A stretch of DNA of 64,000 nt, taken from Octopus sinensis (Eukaryota). The stretch spans positions 5,952,001-6,016,000 of the forward strand of contig NC_043026.1 in the NCBI RefSeq assembly GCF_006345805.1, written 5' to 3'. The notes under the pieces were generated by a model. The model saw only the letters and a program-made list of their open reading frames with translations. It was not told where the DNA came from and ran no database searches. Both the position numbers and the translations under genes were made by a program. Positions 9,546 through 22,246 of the stretch are shown here, in pieces; positions within the stretch are counted from its first letter, which is position 1; each line of letters starts with the position of its first letter.

Positions 9546-11219
9546 CTTCGTGAAAAAAATGGTACAAGATATGAATTTATTCAAAACTCCATTAAATAAC
9601 AAAAAAATAGCTCATTGCAAAATATTCTGCATACCATCTTCACAATTGACTGCAGAGGTCCTTTTCCAGGTAATATCTATGCACCATGCAGTGAAAGAGA
9701 AGAAACTGTTGGAATTGGTCGTTACTCATTTTGCCCCGCTTTAGACGTTTTAGGTGGAGGGGACAAACACACACACATATACACGATGGGCTTCTTTCAG
9801 TTTCCATCTACCAAATCTACTTGCAAGGCTCTGATCGGGCTGAGGCTATAGTAGAAGACAGTTGCCCAAGGTGTCACACAGTGGGACCGAACCCAGAACG
9901 ATGTGGTTGGGAAGCAAGATTCTTACCACACAACCACGCCTAAGAGGATATGTTAACCTCGTGAAGGGATCGTTGCATCCAGGGGCAGACTGAGAGTATT
10001 AAGGGCCCTCGGGCATACCTTTATTTACATGGGGGTGGGGCAATTGTTAGACATTAGAGTCTGTGGGGGAGGGGCGACTTGGAATCCAACAAAGAATATT
10101 GATTGTTAAACAGCAAAAAGTATCCAGATACTTTATTAGCAACCTTAATTACAATCAAGTCAAAGATGAGGAACTATTTCTAGCAAAAAGATGACCTGCC
10201 ACCTGGCTAGGTTTCAGACTCCCTTAACTTCAAGAACAACAACTAGGTTGACCAATTTTTACCCCTAAAGATGACGCAACAGTACAAAATAGTGATGCAA
10301 TATTTGGTTTCAAACAGGTGGGGTGATAATAACAAGAAATCACAAATTACTTATTTTGCCCCACCTTTAAAAGGACACACGCAGAAAATTCTGAGACCCC
10401 ACCCAGCTTGTCTCCTGCAAATAACACCTCCGGACAGTTTTTAAATACGTGCATTGATATTCTTTTCTACTCTAGGCACAAGGCATGAAATTTTGGGGGA
10501 GACAGCCAGTTGATTAATCAACTCCAGTACGCAACTGGTACTTAATTTATCAACCCCGAAAGGATGGAAGGCAAAGTCGACCTCGGCGGAATTTGAACTC
10601 AGAACGTAACGACAGGTGAAATACTACTAAGTATTTCACCCTGAGTGCAAACATTTCTGCCAGCTCACTGCCTTAACAATAATAATAATCTTTTCTACTC
10701 TAGGCACAAGGCCAGAAATGTTTGGGGAAGGAGGGGAGCCGATTAAACCGACCCCAGTATGCAACTGGTACTTAATTTATCGACCCCGAAACGATGACCT
10801 CGGCGGAATTTGAACTCAGAATGTAGCGACAGGTGAAATACTACGAAGTATTTCACCCAGAGTGCTAACATCTCTGCCAGCTCACCCCCTTCGCATTTTG
10901 CCAGACATCCTAAGGATTCCGGCAGCTTGCCGCCTTGATCCTCATCATCATTTAACATCCATTTTCCATGCTGGCATGGGTGGAACGGTTTGACAGGAGA
11001 CAGTCAGGTAGAAGACCACAGGCTACTGTATCTATTTTGGCAGGGGTTTTTACGGCTGGATGCCCTTCCTATCACCAACCACCCCATAGAGTGTACGGAG
11101 TGCCTTTTACAAGGCACCGGCCTTGGTTATAATAATCCTTTTTTACTACAGGCACAGGGCCTGAAACTTAGGGAGTAGGGGACAGCCAATTACACCAACC
11201 CCGATGCTCAATTTGTGCT

Positions 11220-11426
11220 TACTCTTTTACTTGTTTCAGTCATTTGACTGCGGCCATGCTGGAGCACCGCCTTTAGTCGAGCAAATCGACCCTGGGACTT
11301 ATTCTTTGTAAGCCCAGTACTTATTCCATCGGTCTCTTTTGCTGAACCGCTAAGTGACAGGGACGTAAACACACCAGCATCGGCTGTCAAGCAATGCTAG
11401 GGGAACAAACACAGACACACACACAC

Positions 11427-11467
<41 letters not shown>

Positions 11468-11631
11468 TACGACGGGCTTCTTTCAGTTTCCGTCTACCAA
11501 ATCCACTCACAAGGCTTTGGTCGGCCCGAGGCTATAGTAGAAGACACTCGCCCAAGGTGCCACGCAGTGGGACTGAGCCCGGAACCATGTGGTTGGTTAG
11601 CAAGCTACTTACCACGCAGCTACTCCTGCGC
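11220..11631 (-). mobile_element. SINE A
   Basis: Full-length reverse match. Confidence 0.85.
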
Positions 11632-11719
11632 TTCTTTATTGCCCACAAGGGGCTAAACATAGAGGGGCAAATACAGGGATTAAATCAATTATATCAACCC
11701 CAGTGCATATATATATAAG

Positions 11720-12035
11720 TGGAGGCGCAATGGCCCAGTGGTTAGGGCAGCGGACTTGCGGTCATAGGATCACGGTTTCGATTCCCAGACCGGGCGTTGT
11801 GAGTGTTTATAGAGCGAAAACACCTAAAGCTCCACGAGGCTCCAGCAGGGGGGTGGTGGCGATCCCTGCTGTACTCTTTCGCCACAACTATCTCTTACTC
11901 TTTCTTCTGTTGGTCAGCTCACTTAGCCAGCGGGGTGGCGTCATTTGAAGGCTAAAACAATGAGAAGCACATTGTGACCAGCGATGTGTAGCAGCATCTG
12001 ATAGCCTGGTCAGTCACGGTGATCACAATGATATA
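11720..12035 (+). mobile_element. tRNA-derived SINE family C
   Basis: A-box TGGCCCAGTGG, B-box GGTTTCGATTCCC; its 3' part CATTGTGACCAGCGATGT recurs at about 19790 and 49350. Confidence 0.7.
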
Positions 12036-12687
12036 TATGTATATATATGCATGTGAGTGTGTGTGTGTGTGTGTATCCCAATCACAGCTTAACTGGTGTT
12101 GGTGTGGTTACATCCCCCGTGACTTAGTGATTGGCCAAAAGGGACAAATACAATTGAGTACTAGGCTTTTAAAATAAAAGTCCTGAGGTCAATTTGTATG
12201 ACTAAAAACCTTTCAAGGTGCCCCAGCATGGCTACAGTCAAATGACTGAAACAACGAAAAGAATAAAATACCTTCTACTTGTTGCAGTCGTTAGACTGCG
12301 GCCATGCTGGGGCACCGCCTTGACGAGCTTTTAGTCGAATGTATCGACTCCGTCACTAATTTTTTAGAAGCCTGACACATTCTATTAGTCACTTTTGCCA
12401 AACCGCTAAGTTACAGGGACGAAAACACACTCGCACCGGTTTTCAAGCAGTGGTGACGTGGGGGGACAAACACACACACACACATATATACACGATGGGC
12501 TTCTTTCAGTTTCCATCTACCAAATCCACTTGCAAGGCTCTGATCGGGCTGAGGCTATAGTAGAGAACACTTGCCCAAGGTGTCACGCAGTGGGACTGAA
12601 CCCAGAACGATGTGGTTGGGAAGCAAGATTCTTACCACACAACCATGCCTAGAGGATATGTTAACCTCGTGAAGGGATCGTTGCATC

Positions 12688-12835
12688 CAGGGGCAGACTG
12701 AGAGTATTAAGGGCCCTCGGGCATACCTGTTCACCGGGTCCCTTTGAACATATAGAGCTTTAGTAGAGTGCGGGTGCATCAGAACTCCTGGCCCTCGAGC
12801 AGTACCCGAGTGACCGACGGCTCAGTCTGCTCCTG
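12688..12835. mobile_element. hAT-type MITE (148 bp)
   Basis: 15-bp TIR CAGGGGCAGACTGAG / CTCAGTCTGCTCCTG (1 mismatch); perfect 8-bp TSD GTTGCATC (12680-12687, 12836-12843). Confidence 0.85.
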
Positions 12836-12939
12836 GTTGCATCCAAAGAAATACTTGTTCAATAGCCCTATATCCATTTAAAGGGGGGGGGGGGAGATTA
12901 GGGAGTTAATAATTGTTTAACAACAAAAAGATCCTCTTC

Positions 12940-13074
12940 GCTTCATATATATATGTATATATACATATACATACACACACTATATATATAAAAATAAAAA
13001 TCATATATATATATATATATACACATACACTACACAATATATATATATATATATATATATGTAAATATATATAA

Positions 13075-13105
<31 letters not shown>

Positions 13106-13156
13106 CACATACACTACACATATATATAATATATATATATATATAATATATATATA

Positions 13157-13215
<59 letters not shown>

Positions 13216-13764
13216 GTGTATGCATATACCACACGCACACACAAACATTACAAATTGGCGAGAAGTTGTGGCCCTCATCCTGTCTAAGGAGGGCGAATGA
13301 ACTTCAAACAAGTCAGAGGGTCACGCACTTGTCCATACCTGTCAGCATGGAACGTGCTTCTGTGTGTGTACACAACTTCATATATACACACACACACATA
13401 CATATATACAAACACACATATATATATATATACATATATATAGAAATTCAGGGTGAGTACTTGATAATATATATATATATAAGTAACCGTACTTCCAACA
13501 CACTGAGTTGCTATATAATAATATACACACACACACACACACACACCTTCTGCAAGTAAATGACTACACAGATTATATATCTACCGTTACTTTCAACATT
13601 CAACACACTGACTAGCTATATAATAATAAACATCTTACAATATATACATATATATATACACACATATAAACACACATATATATACACATATATATACACA
13701 CACACGCACAGTGCTTACACACATATATATATAAACATACATGTATACACATATATATACACAC

Positions 13765-13795
<31 letters not shown>

Positions 13796-13930
13796 TACAT
13801 ATATACACATATATATATATATACACACACACATATATATATACACACACGCACAGTGCTTACACACATATACACATATATATATATATACACACATATA
13901 AACACATACACACACACGCGCGCACAGTGC
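12940..13930. repeat. (TA)n/(CA)n compound microsatellite field
   Basis: Seen directly. Confidence 0.9.
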
Positions 13931-14557
13931 TTACTTTAAACACTTAACGCAACGGACTCCCCCTCTCTATATATATCTCAGCCGCCTCTTACTCCACCTC
14001 CTCGTTCTACGCTTCCTCCTACCCCGGCGCACAGGCAAAGCAGGCAAGAAGTAAATAAATACATACTATTTACAGTGAATGACAGAGATAGAGAGAAGAG
14101 AAAAGGAGAAATACAAAGAGAGAGAGAGAGAGAGAGAGACAGGGGGGGCGAAAGACAGAAAAGAAAGAGAGAGAAAGGGTAAAAAAAACAAGCAAAGCCG
14201 TCCCTCTCCCTCTCACTCAACTTCCTCCCATTGATATCCACGCGAAGCCTCCTCCTACTCACCACCAACACCAGCCAGCCTATCACCGCTTCCTCCCCTT
14301 CCTCCGCCTCCCTCTGCCAGTCTGCCGTTTCACTCCAGACGGTACTTCGCTACTAGTTCAGTCAGGTACATACGCACTTACAGCCTTCCACAATACACAT
14401 GACTCGCTACACACATGGATCCCTGGCTACATGGAGTGCGCGCGCGTGTGTTTATGTTTTCGCTCGCTCCGGCCGTGCAGAGCGCGACCACGCTGGAGCA
14501 CTGCCCCCGGAAAAATATATCTCCAAATCGGACGGATTAACCCCCAGCACCCTGTTA

Positions 14558-15158
14558 TACTCTTTTAACATGTTTCAGTCATTTGACCGCGGCCATGCTG
14601 GAGCACCGCCTCTTTGGTCGAGCAAATCGACCCCCCCCCCCAGGAATTATTCTTTGTAAGCCCGGTACTTATTATTTTATCGGTCTCTTTTGCCGAACCG
14701 CTAAGTTGCGGGGACGTAAACACACCAGCATCGGTTGTCAAGCGATGCTAGGGGGACAAACACAGACACACAAACATGTACACATACTTACATACATACG
14801 ACGGGCTTCTTTCAGTTTCCGTCTGCCAAATCCACTCGCAAGGCTCTGTAAGCCAAGTACTTATTATTTTATCGGTCTCTTTTGCCGAACCGCTAAGTTG
14901 CGGGGACGTAAACACACCAGCATCGGTTGTCAAGCAATGCTAGGGGGACAAACACAGACACACAAACATATACACATACAAATATATATATATACATATA
15001 TATGACGGGCTTCTTTCTGTTTCCGTCTACCAAATCCACTCACAAGGCTTTGGTCGGCCCGAGGCTATGGTAGAAGACACTTGCCCAAGGTGCCACGCAG
15101 TGGGACTGAACCCAGAACCATGTGGTTGGGAAGCAGGCTTCTTACCACAGAGCCACGC
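14558..15158 (-). mobile_element. SINE A with internal duplication of about 190 bp
   Basis: Segment TGTAAGCC..CAAGGC occurs twice. Confidence 0.8.
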
Positions 15159-16781
15159 ATGTGTGTGTGTGTGTATCGCGTGTGTATATATATCTACAAT
15201 ATGCATGTTTATATATGTATGTATGTATGCAACTGTGTTTCCGCTGTAGCAGAACTTTCTGCTACACCACCACCATCGCTTCAAATCCGGGTGTTGGTTT
15301 GTTTACGTCCCCACGACTCGGCAATTCCAGCAAAAAGACAGCAACAGGATTAAAATACCAGACACGAAAATAAATAAATAGACGGGGGCCAATTTGCTCG
15401 ACTATTACCCATTATCAAGGCGGTGCTCCAGCATGGCAGCAGAGTGCAATGACTGAATCGAATAAAGATAAAACGCGCGTGTGTGTGTGTGTGAATGTGT
15501 TTGTCACCACTTTCGCTTGACAGCCGGTGTAGGTTTGTTTACATTGTGACAGCATAAAAGACAAATCGATAAAAAAAAACAAGCACCAAGGCTTTAAACG
15601 TTAAAGTACAAAGGTCCATTTGCGCGACTGACCCAAATGCCTCAAGGCCGCACCCCACCCCCCACCCCCCACCCCCCACCCCCACTCCACCCCACCCCCA
15701 GCATAGCCACAGTCCGTTGATCAAAACAAACAACACACACACACAACCAGTAACATTATCAATAAACGCGCATCTGAAGGCGGGGGGGGAAGTTGGCAGA
15801 ATCGTTAGCACGCCGGGCGAAATGCTTAGCAGTATTTCGTTTACCACTACGTTCTGAGTTCAAATTCCGCCGAGGTCGACTTTGCCTTTCATCCTTTCGG
15901 GGTCGATAAATTGAGTACCTATTTCTTTACTGCCCGCAAGGGACTAAACACAGAGCGGACAAACAAGGCCAGACAGAGGTATTAAGTCGATTACATCGAC
16001 CCCAGTGCGTAACTGGTACTTAATTTATCGACCCCGAAAGGATGAAAGGCAAAGTCGATCTCGGTGGAATTTGAACTCACGGTGGAATTTGAACTCACAA
16101 CGTAACGCAGACGAAATACCGCTAAGCATTTCGCCCGGCGTGCTAACGTTTCTGCCAGCTCGCCACGATAAATTAAGTACCAGTTACGCACTGAGGTCGA
16201 TATAATCGACTTGATCCGTTTGTCTGTCCTTGTTTGTCCCCTCTGTGTTTAGCCTCTTGTGGGTAGCAAAGAAATAGGTATTTTTCTGCCGTTACGTTCT
16301 GAGTTCAAATTCCACCGAGGTCGACTTTGCCTTTCATCCTTCCGGGGTCGATAAATTAAGTACCAGTTATGCACTGGGGTCGATAAATTAAGTACCAGTT
16401 ATGCACTGCGGTCGATATAATCGACTTGATCCGTTTGTCCTTTTAGGTGTTTTAGGGCCTCTATGGGTCTTAATCCAGCCCTGCTGGAAAGACAAAGCTA
16501 GTGGAGAGAAGATGTTAAGAAATACTCTCTCAAGATATAAGGTGAGTAGGGGAGAGCATATGGAGAGAGAGAGAAAAGAGGGAGAAAAGGATGGATGGCT
16601 AATTGCGAGAAGAGAGCAACAGATGGTTAGAGATAGGGGGTAGAGGTGAACGTACTGAAAGGGGTCACGGGTGGAGATGCGGTCAGGGAAGACATGGTGC
16701 GTGCGGAAGAGGTGGGAGAGCACAGCTGTATAATAGAGCTATAAATACTCTCTTTTCTTCCAATATATACATGTGTGTGTG

Positions 16782-16816
<35 letters not shown>

Positions 16817-17105
16817 ACATTAGGTCGTCTCATAAATAATGTGTTTTTTTTTTTCAATTGCATGAACTAAAAGTCGGAGGGGGGAATGGGATAAACTACC
16901 TGCACCAACTTGCTATAACAGCAGGTAGTAATTTTACCTGGTGCTTATTCTTAGTGCAAGTTTTGAAGAGTGCAGTTCGATTTTAACGGCTAATTTTTTC
17001 AAAGCTACAATGGAAGTGACAAAGGAGCATATTTTGCTTTATGAGTTCAGTAAAGACAACAGAAGGTGAGAAGAATATTAATGCAGTATATGGGGATCAG
17101 ACAAT

Positions 17106-17317
17106 AACCCCAAGATTCCGAGTTCGATTCCAGACAGTGACCTGAATATCGAAAAATACCTTAGGAATGAGAACCCAGGTTCGAAATTTCCCCCAAGGCA
17201 CCTGACGAAGGCTGGAGGGTATATCAGCCGAAACATGTTAACAACAAACAAGATGAGGAGAAATATCCGTCAAATGTAAATATTTGCATAATTCCTCATC
17301 TCTTAAATATAGAACTG
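17106..17317 (+). mobile_element. Third copy of the tRNA-head/hammerhead element, inserted in the mariner
   Basis: Starts within the anticodon arm (TAACCCCAAGATTCCGAGTTCGATTCC); CTGACGA-A-GGCTG..CAGCC-GAAAC at about 17197-17240; same 3' end AAATATAGAACTG. Confidence 0.75.
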
Positions 17318-17487
17318 AATAACGGTGGTTTCAGAAATTCCGAGCTGGAGACTACAGCCTAGAAGATGAGCCTTGTCCTGGAAAATCTTCAGAGCTCAAC
17401 AACAAGGACGTCCTGCAAACCCAGGTGGAACAAAATCTCATCATAACTTGAGTAACTAGCAGAGAAGATTGGATTTGATCATTCAAC

Positions 17488-17775
17488 TGTAGCAATAACC
17501 ATTTTAGCCATTTTGAAATGTGGCACAAATTGGCAATATGACGTAATGTCTTTGCCGAAGAATTATCATTTTCGTTTTTTTTCCATTGGTTTTTATAACT
17601 GCTCATATAAAGATTCTAGAAGTTTCGTAAAGAATATCTGTCATGAATTTCGATTCTTTTTGAATCAAGTTGAGCAGTTATAAAAACTAATGGAAAAAAA
17701 CAAAAATGATAATTCTTCGGCAAAGACACTACGTCATATTGCCAATTCAAAATGGCTAAAATGGTTATTGCTACA
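17488..17775. mobile_element. 288-bp MITE with about 105-bp TIRs, TGT..ACA termini and 4-bp TSD (Ginger-like, tentative)
   Basis: Arms start TGTAGCAATAACCATTTTAGCCATTTTGAA. TSD CAAC at 17484-17487 and 17776-17779. Removing the element and one TSD restores the mariner codons F-D-H-S-T-I-H-R-Y-L. Confidence 0.85.
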
Positions 17776-18572
17776 CAACCATTCATCGATACCTGTGTAC
17801 CATCAGAAAAGACAGCAAATTGGGCCGATCGGTTCCTCACAAACTTTCAAAGTCTAATTACAAGCAGAGATTGAATATGTGCTATTCTTTGCTGTCACAT
17901 CTCACGAATGAACCTTTTTTTGGACTGAGTAGTGATGAGAAATGGGTTCTCTATGAAAATGTCAAGCACCAAAGACAGTGTGTAGGGAAAGGAGAACCTC
18001 TAGAACACCAGGCTAAAGAAGATCCTTACCCACATAAGGTGTTGTTACCTGTTTGTGTGGGACATGAAAGGTTTAGTCCACCTTGAACTTTTAAACCCAA
18101 ACCAAACAATAACAAAGAAGATCTACTGTGAGCAGCTTAAGTCAGCGCAAGAAGAAAAACGACCATCTTTGGTTTCAAGACGAAAGGTGTTCTTCCATCA
18201 GGATTATGCTCAGCCACATACAACAAAGATGACATTCCAAAGGATGGAGCAGTTTGAATAGGAAACGATGCACCACCCACCATATTCACCGGACATTGCC
18301 CCATCTGATTATCATTTATTCTGCAGTCCTCAAAATCATTTGGACGGAAATATTATGAATTCTTTAGACAAGGTCAGAACAATACTGGAGGAGTATTTTT
18401 CGTCACGGACAAGTGAATTTTGGAAGAGGGGCCTTGCAAGTCTACCGGATAGATGGAAGAGCACTGTAGGAAATGAAGGGGAGTATATTTTAGATTAAAA
18501 AAGAACTTTATTTGATTTTTGAAAAATAAAAGCAGTATAACAAAAACATATATATATATATATATTCTCATT

Positions 18573-19090
18573 TACTCTTTTACTTGTTTCAGTCATTTGA
18601 CTGCGGCCATGCTGGAGCACCGCCTTTAGTCGAGCAACTTGACCCCAGGACTTATTCTTTTGTAAGCCCAGTACTTATTCTATCGGTCTCTTTTGCTGAA
18701 CCGCTAAGTAACAGGGACATAAACACACCAGCATCGGTTGTCAAGCAATGCTAGGGGGACAAACACAAACACACACACATATATATATATACATATATAC
18801 GACAGGCTTCTTTCAGTTTCCGTCTACCAAATCCACTCACAAGGCTTTGGTTAGCCTAAGGCTATAGTAGAAGACACTTGCCCAAGGTTCAACGCAGTGG
18901 GACTGAACCCGGAACCATGTGGTTGGTTAGCAAGCTACTTACCACGAAATCCACTCGCAATGCTTTGGTTGGCCCAAGGCTATAGTAGAGAAACTATAGT
19001 AGAAAACCTGGTACTTTGTGCAAGGTGCCATGCATTGGGACTGAACCCAGAACCATGTGGTTGGGACGCCACCTTCTTACCATGTAGCCA
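18573..19090 (-). mobile_element. SINE A with partial head duplication
   Basis: Reverse match. Confidence 0.8.
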
Positions 19091-19323
19091 TTGTGTCTGT
19101 AGAAATAGAGTAGTCTGTTTGTATATCTGACCTTGTGTGATTTTTGTGAATGAATTTCTGTGCAAATGTGTTCAGCCAGGTGGAAAATATCACCTGACAT
19201 GGAAGCAGGTGAGGGTTGATGACAGTAAGGGCATCCAGCCGTGGAAAATCTACTTTTATAGACTCCATCTGACCGATACAAGAATACAAAAATGGGCGTT
19301 AAAACAATAATGATGGCTTAGTG

Positions 19324-19542
19324 CAGTGCTTTTCAACCTTTTCGCTGGAGCGGAACCCCAAGGAAACATTCCACTGGCTCGAGGAACCCCTGTGCAATAA
19401 TTTAATAGTCTTATGCACATATATCTGCACAGGAGAATTAAAAATTACTGTCGATTTTAGCATTTTTGTAACTTCTTGCGGAACTCCTGGACTGTAATAG
19501 CGGAACCCTAAGGTTCCACAGAACCCTGGTTGAAAACCACTG
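19324..19542. mobile_element. hAT-type MITE (219 bp)
   Basis: TIR CAGTGCTTTTCAACC / GGTTGAAAACCACTG; perfect 8-bp TSD GCTTAGTG (19316-19323, 19543-19550). Confidence 0.88.
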
Positions 19543-20734
19543 GCTTAGTGATTAGGGTGTTACACTTGTGATTGTTAAATAGTGGGTTCAATACCCAGAC
19601 CTGATGGCTTGTTGTGTTCTTGAGCAAAACCCTTCATTTGACATTGCTCAAGTCCACTCGGCTGTAAATGGGGACCCATGCGACGGATTAGCCCTTCAAT
19701 TGGGGAATGTTGGCCTGCTCACCCAGCTGCTGGGGGTCGTCTCATTTGGAAGGTAAAACAACACAAAGTGCATTGTGACCAGTGGTGTACAACGACATTT
19801 GATAATCTGGTCGATCCCATGATGCACAGGCATTGGTGTGGTAAGAAGCTTGCTCTCCAGCCACAGGGATCCGGTTTCAGTCCCGCTGCGTGGCACCTTG
19901 GGCAAGTGTCTTCTACTATAGCCTCGGGCTGACCAGAGCCTTGTGAGTGGATCTTGGTAGACAGAAACTGAAAGAAGCCCGTCGTGTGTATATATATATA
20001 TATATATTTGTATGTATCTATGTATGTGTGTGTGTGTGTATATATCATCATCATCGTTTAGCGTCTGCTTTCCATGCTGGCATGGGTTGGACGGTGCAAC
20101 TGGGGTCTGGGAAGCCAGAAGGCTGTACCAGGTCCAGTCTGATCTGGTGATGTTTCTACAGCTGGATGCCCTTCCTAACGCCAACCACTCCATGAGTGTA
20201 GTGGGTGCTTTTTACTCATAGAGTAAAAAGCACCCACTATATATATATATATATATGTGTATGCATGTTATATATGTATCTATGTATGTGTGTATGTATG
20301 TATCTATGTGTGTATCATCATCGTTTAACATCCACTTTCCATGCTGGCATGGGTTGGACGATTTGACTGGGGACTGGTAAACCAGATGGCTGCACCAGGC
20401 TCCAATCTTGATCTGGCAGAGTTTCTACAGCTGGACGCCCTTCCTAACGCCAACCACTCCGAGAGTGTAGTGGGTGCTTTTACGTGCCATCGGCATGAGG
20501 GCCAGTCAGGCGGTAGTGGCAGCGGCCACACTCAAATGGTGCTTTTTACGTGCCACCTGCACAGGAGCCAGTCCAGCGGCACTGGCAATGACCTTACTCA
20601 AATGTTTTTTCACGTGCCACCGGCACAAATGCCAGTGAGGCAACGCAGGTAACGATCACGCTCAAATGGTGCTCTTTTTAGCTGAACTGCAAGTAGTGCT
20701 GGGAGTCTATGAAACCATCACAAACACACACAGA

Positions 20735-20945
20735 TACTCTTTACTCTTTTACTTGTTTCAGTCATTTGACTGTGGCCATGCTGGGGCACCACCTTTAGTC
20801 GAGCAAATCGACCCCAGGACTTATTCTTCGGAAGCCTAGTACTTATTCTATCGGTCTCTTTTGCCGAACCGCTAAGTTACGGGGATGTAAACACACCAGC
20901 ATCGGTTGTCAAGCAATGTTGGGGAACAAACTCAGACACACAAAC

Positions 20946-20997
<52 letters not shown>

Positions 20998-21123
20998 TAC
21001 GGGCTTCTTTCAGTTTCCGTTTACCAAATCCACTCACAAGGCTTTAGTCGGCCTGAGGTTATAGTAGAAGACACCTGCCCAAGGTGCCACGCAGTGGGAC
21101 TGAACCCGGAACCATGTGGTAAG
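20735..21123 (-). mobile_element. SINE A (head truncated)
   Basis: Reverse match. Confidence 0.8.
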
Positions 21124-21712
21124 AATCAGGGCATATCAACTTGTAGGGCACCAGAAATAACATAGAGCTTACAGTGAATTTTCCCCAAAGCCCGACACGT
21201 TCTGGCGGAATATTAGAACTAACCGAAACAAGGAAAACGATAAAAGAACATACAATAGGCTTCTTTCAGTTTCCATCTGCCAAATCCACTCACAAGGCAT
21301 TGGTCAACCCAGGAGCCATAGTAGGCTTCTTTCAGTTTCCATCCTCCAAATCCACTCACAAGGCATTAGTCAACCCAGGAGCCATAGTAGGCTTCTTTCA
21401 GTTTCCATCCTCCAAATCCACTCACAAGGCATTGGTCAACCCAGGAGCGATAGTAGAAGAAACTCGCCCAAGGTGCCATGCAGTGGGACTGAACCCAGGA
21501 TTATGTGATTGGAAAGCAGACTTCTTACCACACGGTCATAGCAAGACCAGGCCTATGGCAACATTGGCTAAACTAAGCTAAACTTCAGCCTTTTAGCATT
21601 TAAACCAGCCAAATCCAGGACAGATATTCTACAGTCTACAGGTGTTACGGTCAAACAGACCAGATCCAACCTCTCACACCTACCCTACAATGCCATTCGA
21701 AAAATAAACAAA

Positions 21713-21882
21713 GGCGCAGGAGTGGGCTGTGTGGTAAGTAGCTTGCTAACCAACCACATGGTTCCGGGTTCAGTCCCAGTGTGGCATCTTGGGCAAGTGT
21801 CTTCTGCTATAGCCTTGGGCCGACCAATGCCTTGTGAGTGGATTTGGCAGACAAAAACTGAAAGAAGCCCGTCGTGTATATG

Positions 21883-21921
<39 letters not shown>

Positions 21922-22116
21922 CTGTGTTTGTCCCCCTAGCATTGCTTGACAACCGATGCTGGTGTGTTTACGTCCCCGTCACTTAGTGGTTCGGCAAAAG
22001 AGACCGATAGAATAAGTACTGGGCTTACAAAGAAGAAGTCCCGGGGTCGATTTGCTCGACTAAAGGCTGTGCTCCAGCATGGCCGCAGTCAAATGACTGA
22101 AACAAGTAAAAGAGTA
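21713..22116 (+). mobile_element. SINE A
   Basis: Full-length match. Confidence 0.85.
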
Positions 22117-22246
22117 ATCGCATCATTGAAATCTCAAAGCTTTGAGCTAATGCATGGTTAATTCAAAAGTAGTATGAATAAATAAGCATTAGATTTGGCA
22201 GAGAAATCTGAATGCCAGTGGCATGAAAAAAGCACCCAGTACAATC

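Larger units (their letters stand above)
16818..18550 (+). mobile_element. Decayed mariner (DD34D) transposon with two nested insertions
   Basis: 5' TIR-like CATTAGGTCGTCTCATAA after TA; MEVTKEHILLYEF..., RWFQKFR, DEKWV, FHQDYA, HPPYSPDIAPSDYHLF, LPDRW..EGEYILD; several stops and frameshifts; 3' TIR not seen. Confidence 0.9.

Noticed and set aside
11720-11795. tRNA-like sequences (also 1518-1590 and 52445-52520)
   Set aside because: No proper acceptor stem, and they continue into repeat bodies; these are SINE heads, not tRNA genes.
15648-15700. (CCCCA)n tract with minus-strand G-quadruplex potential
   Set aside because: A simple repeat with no supporting context.
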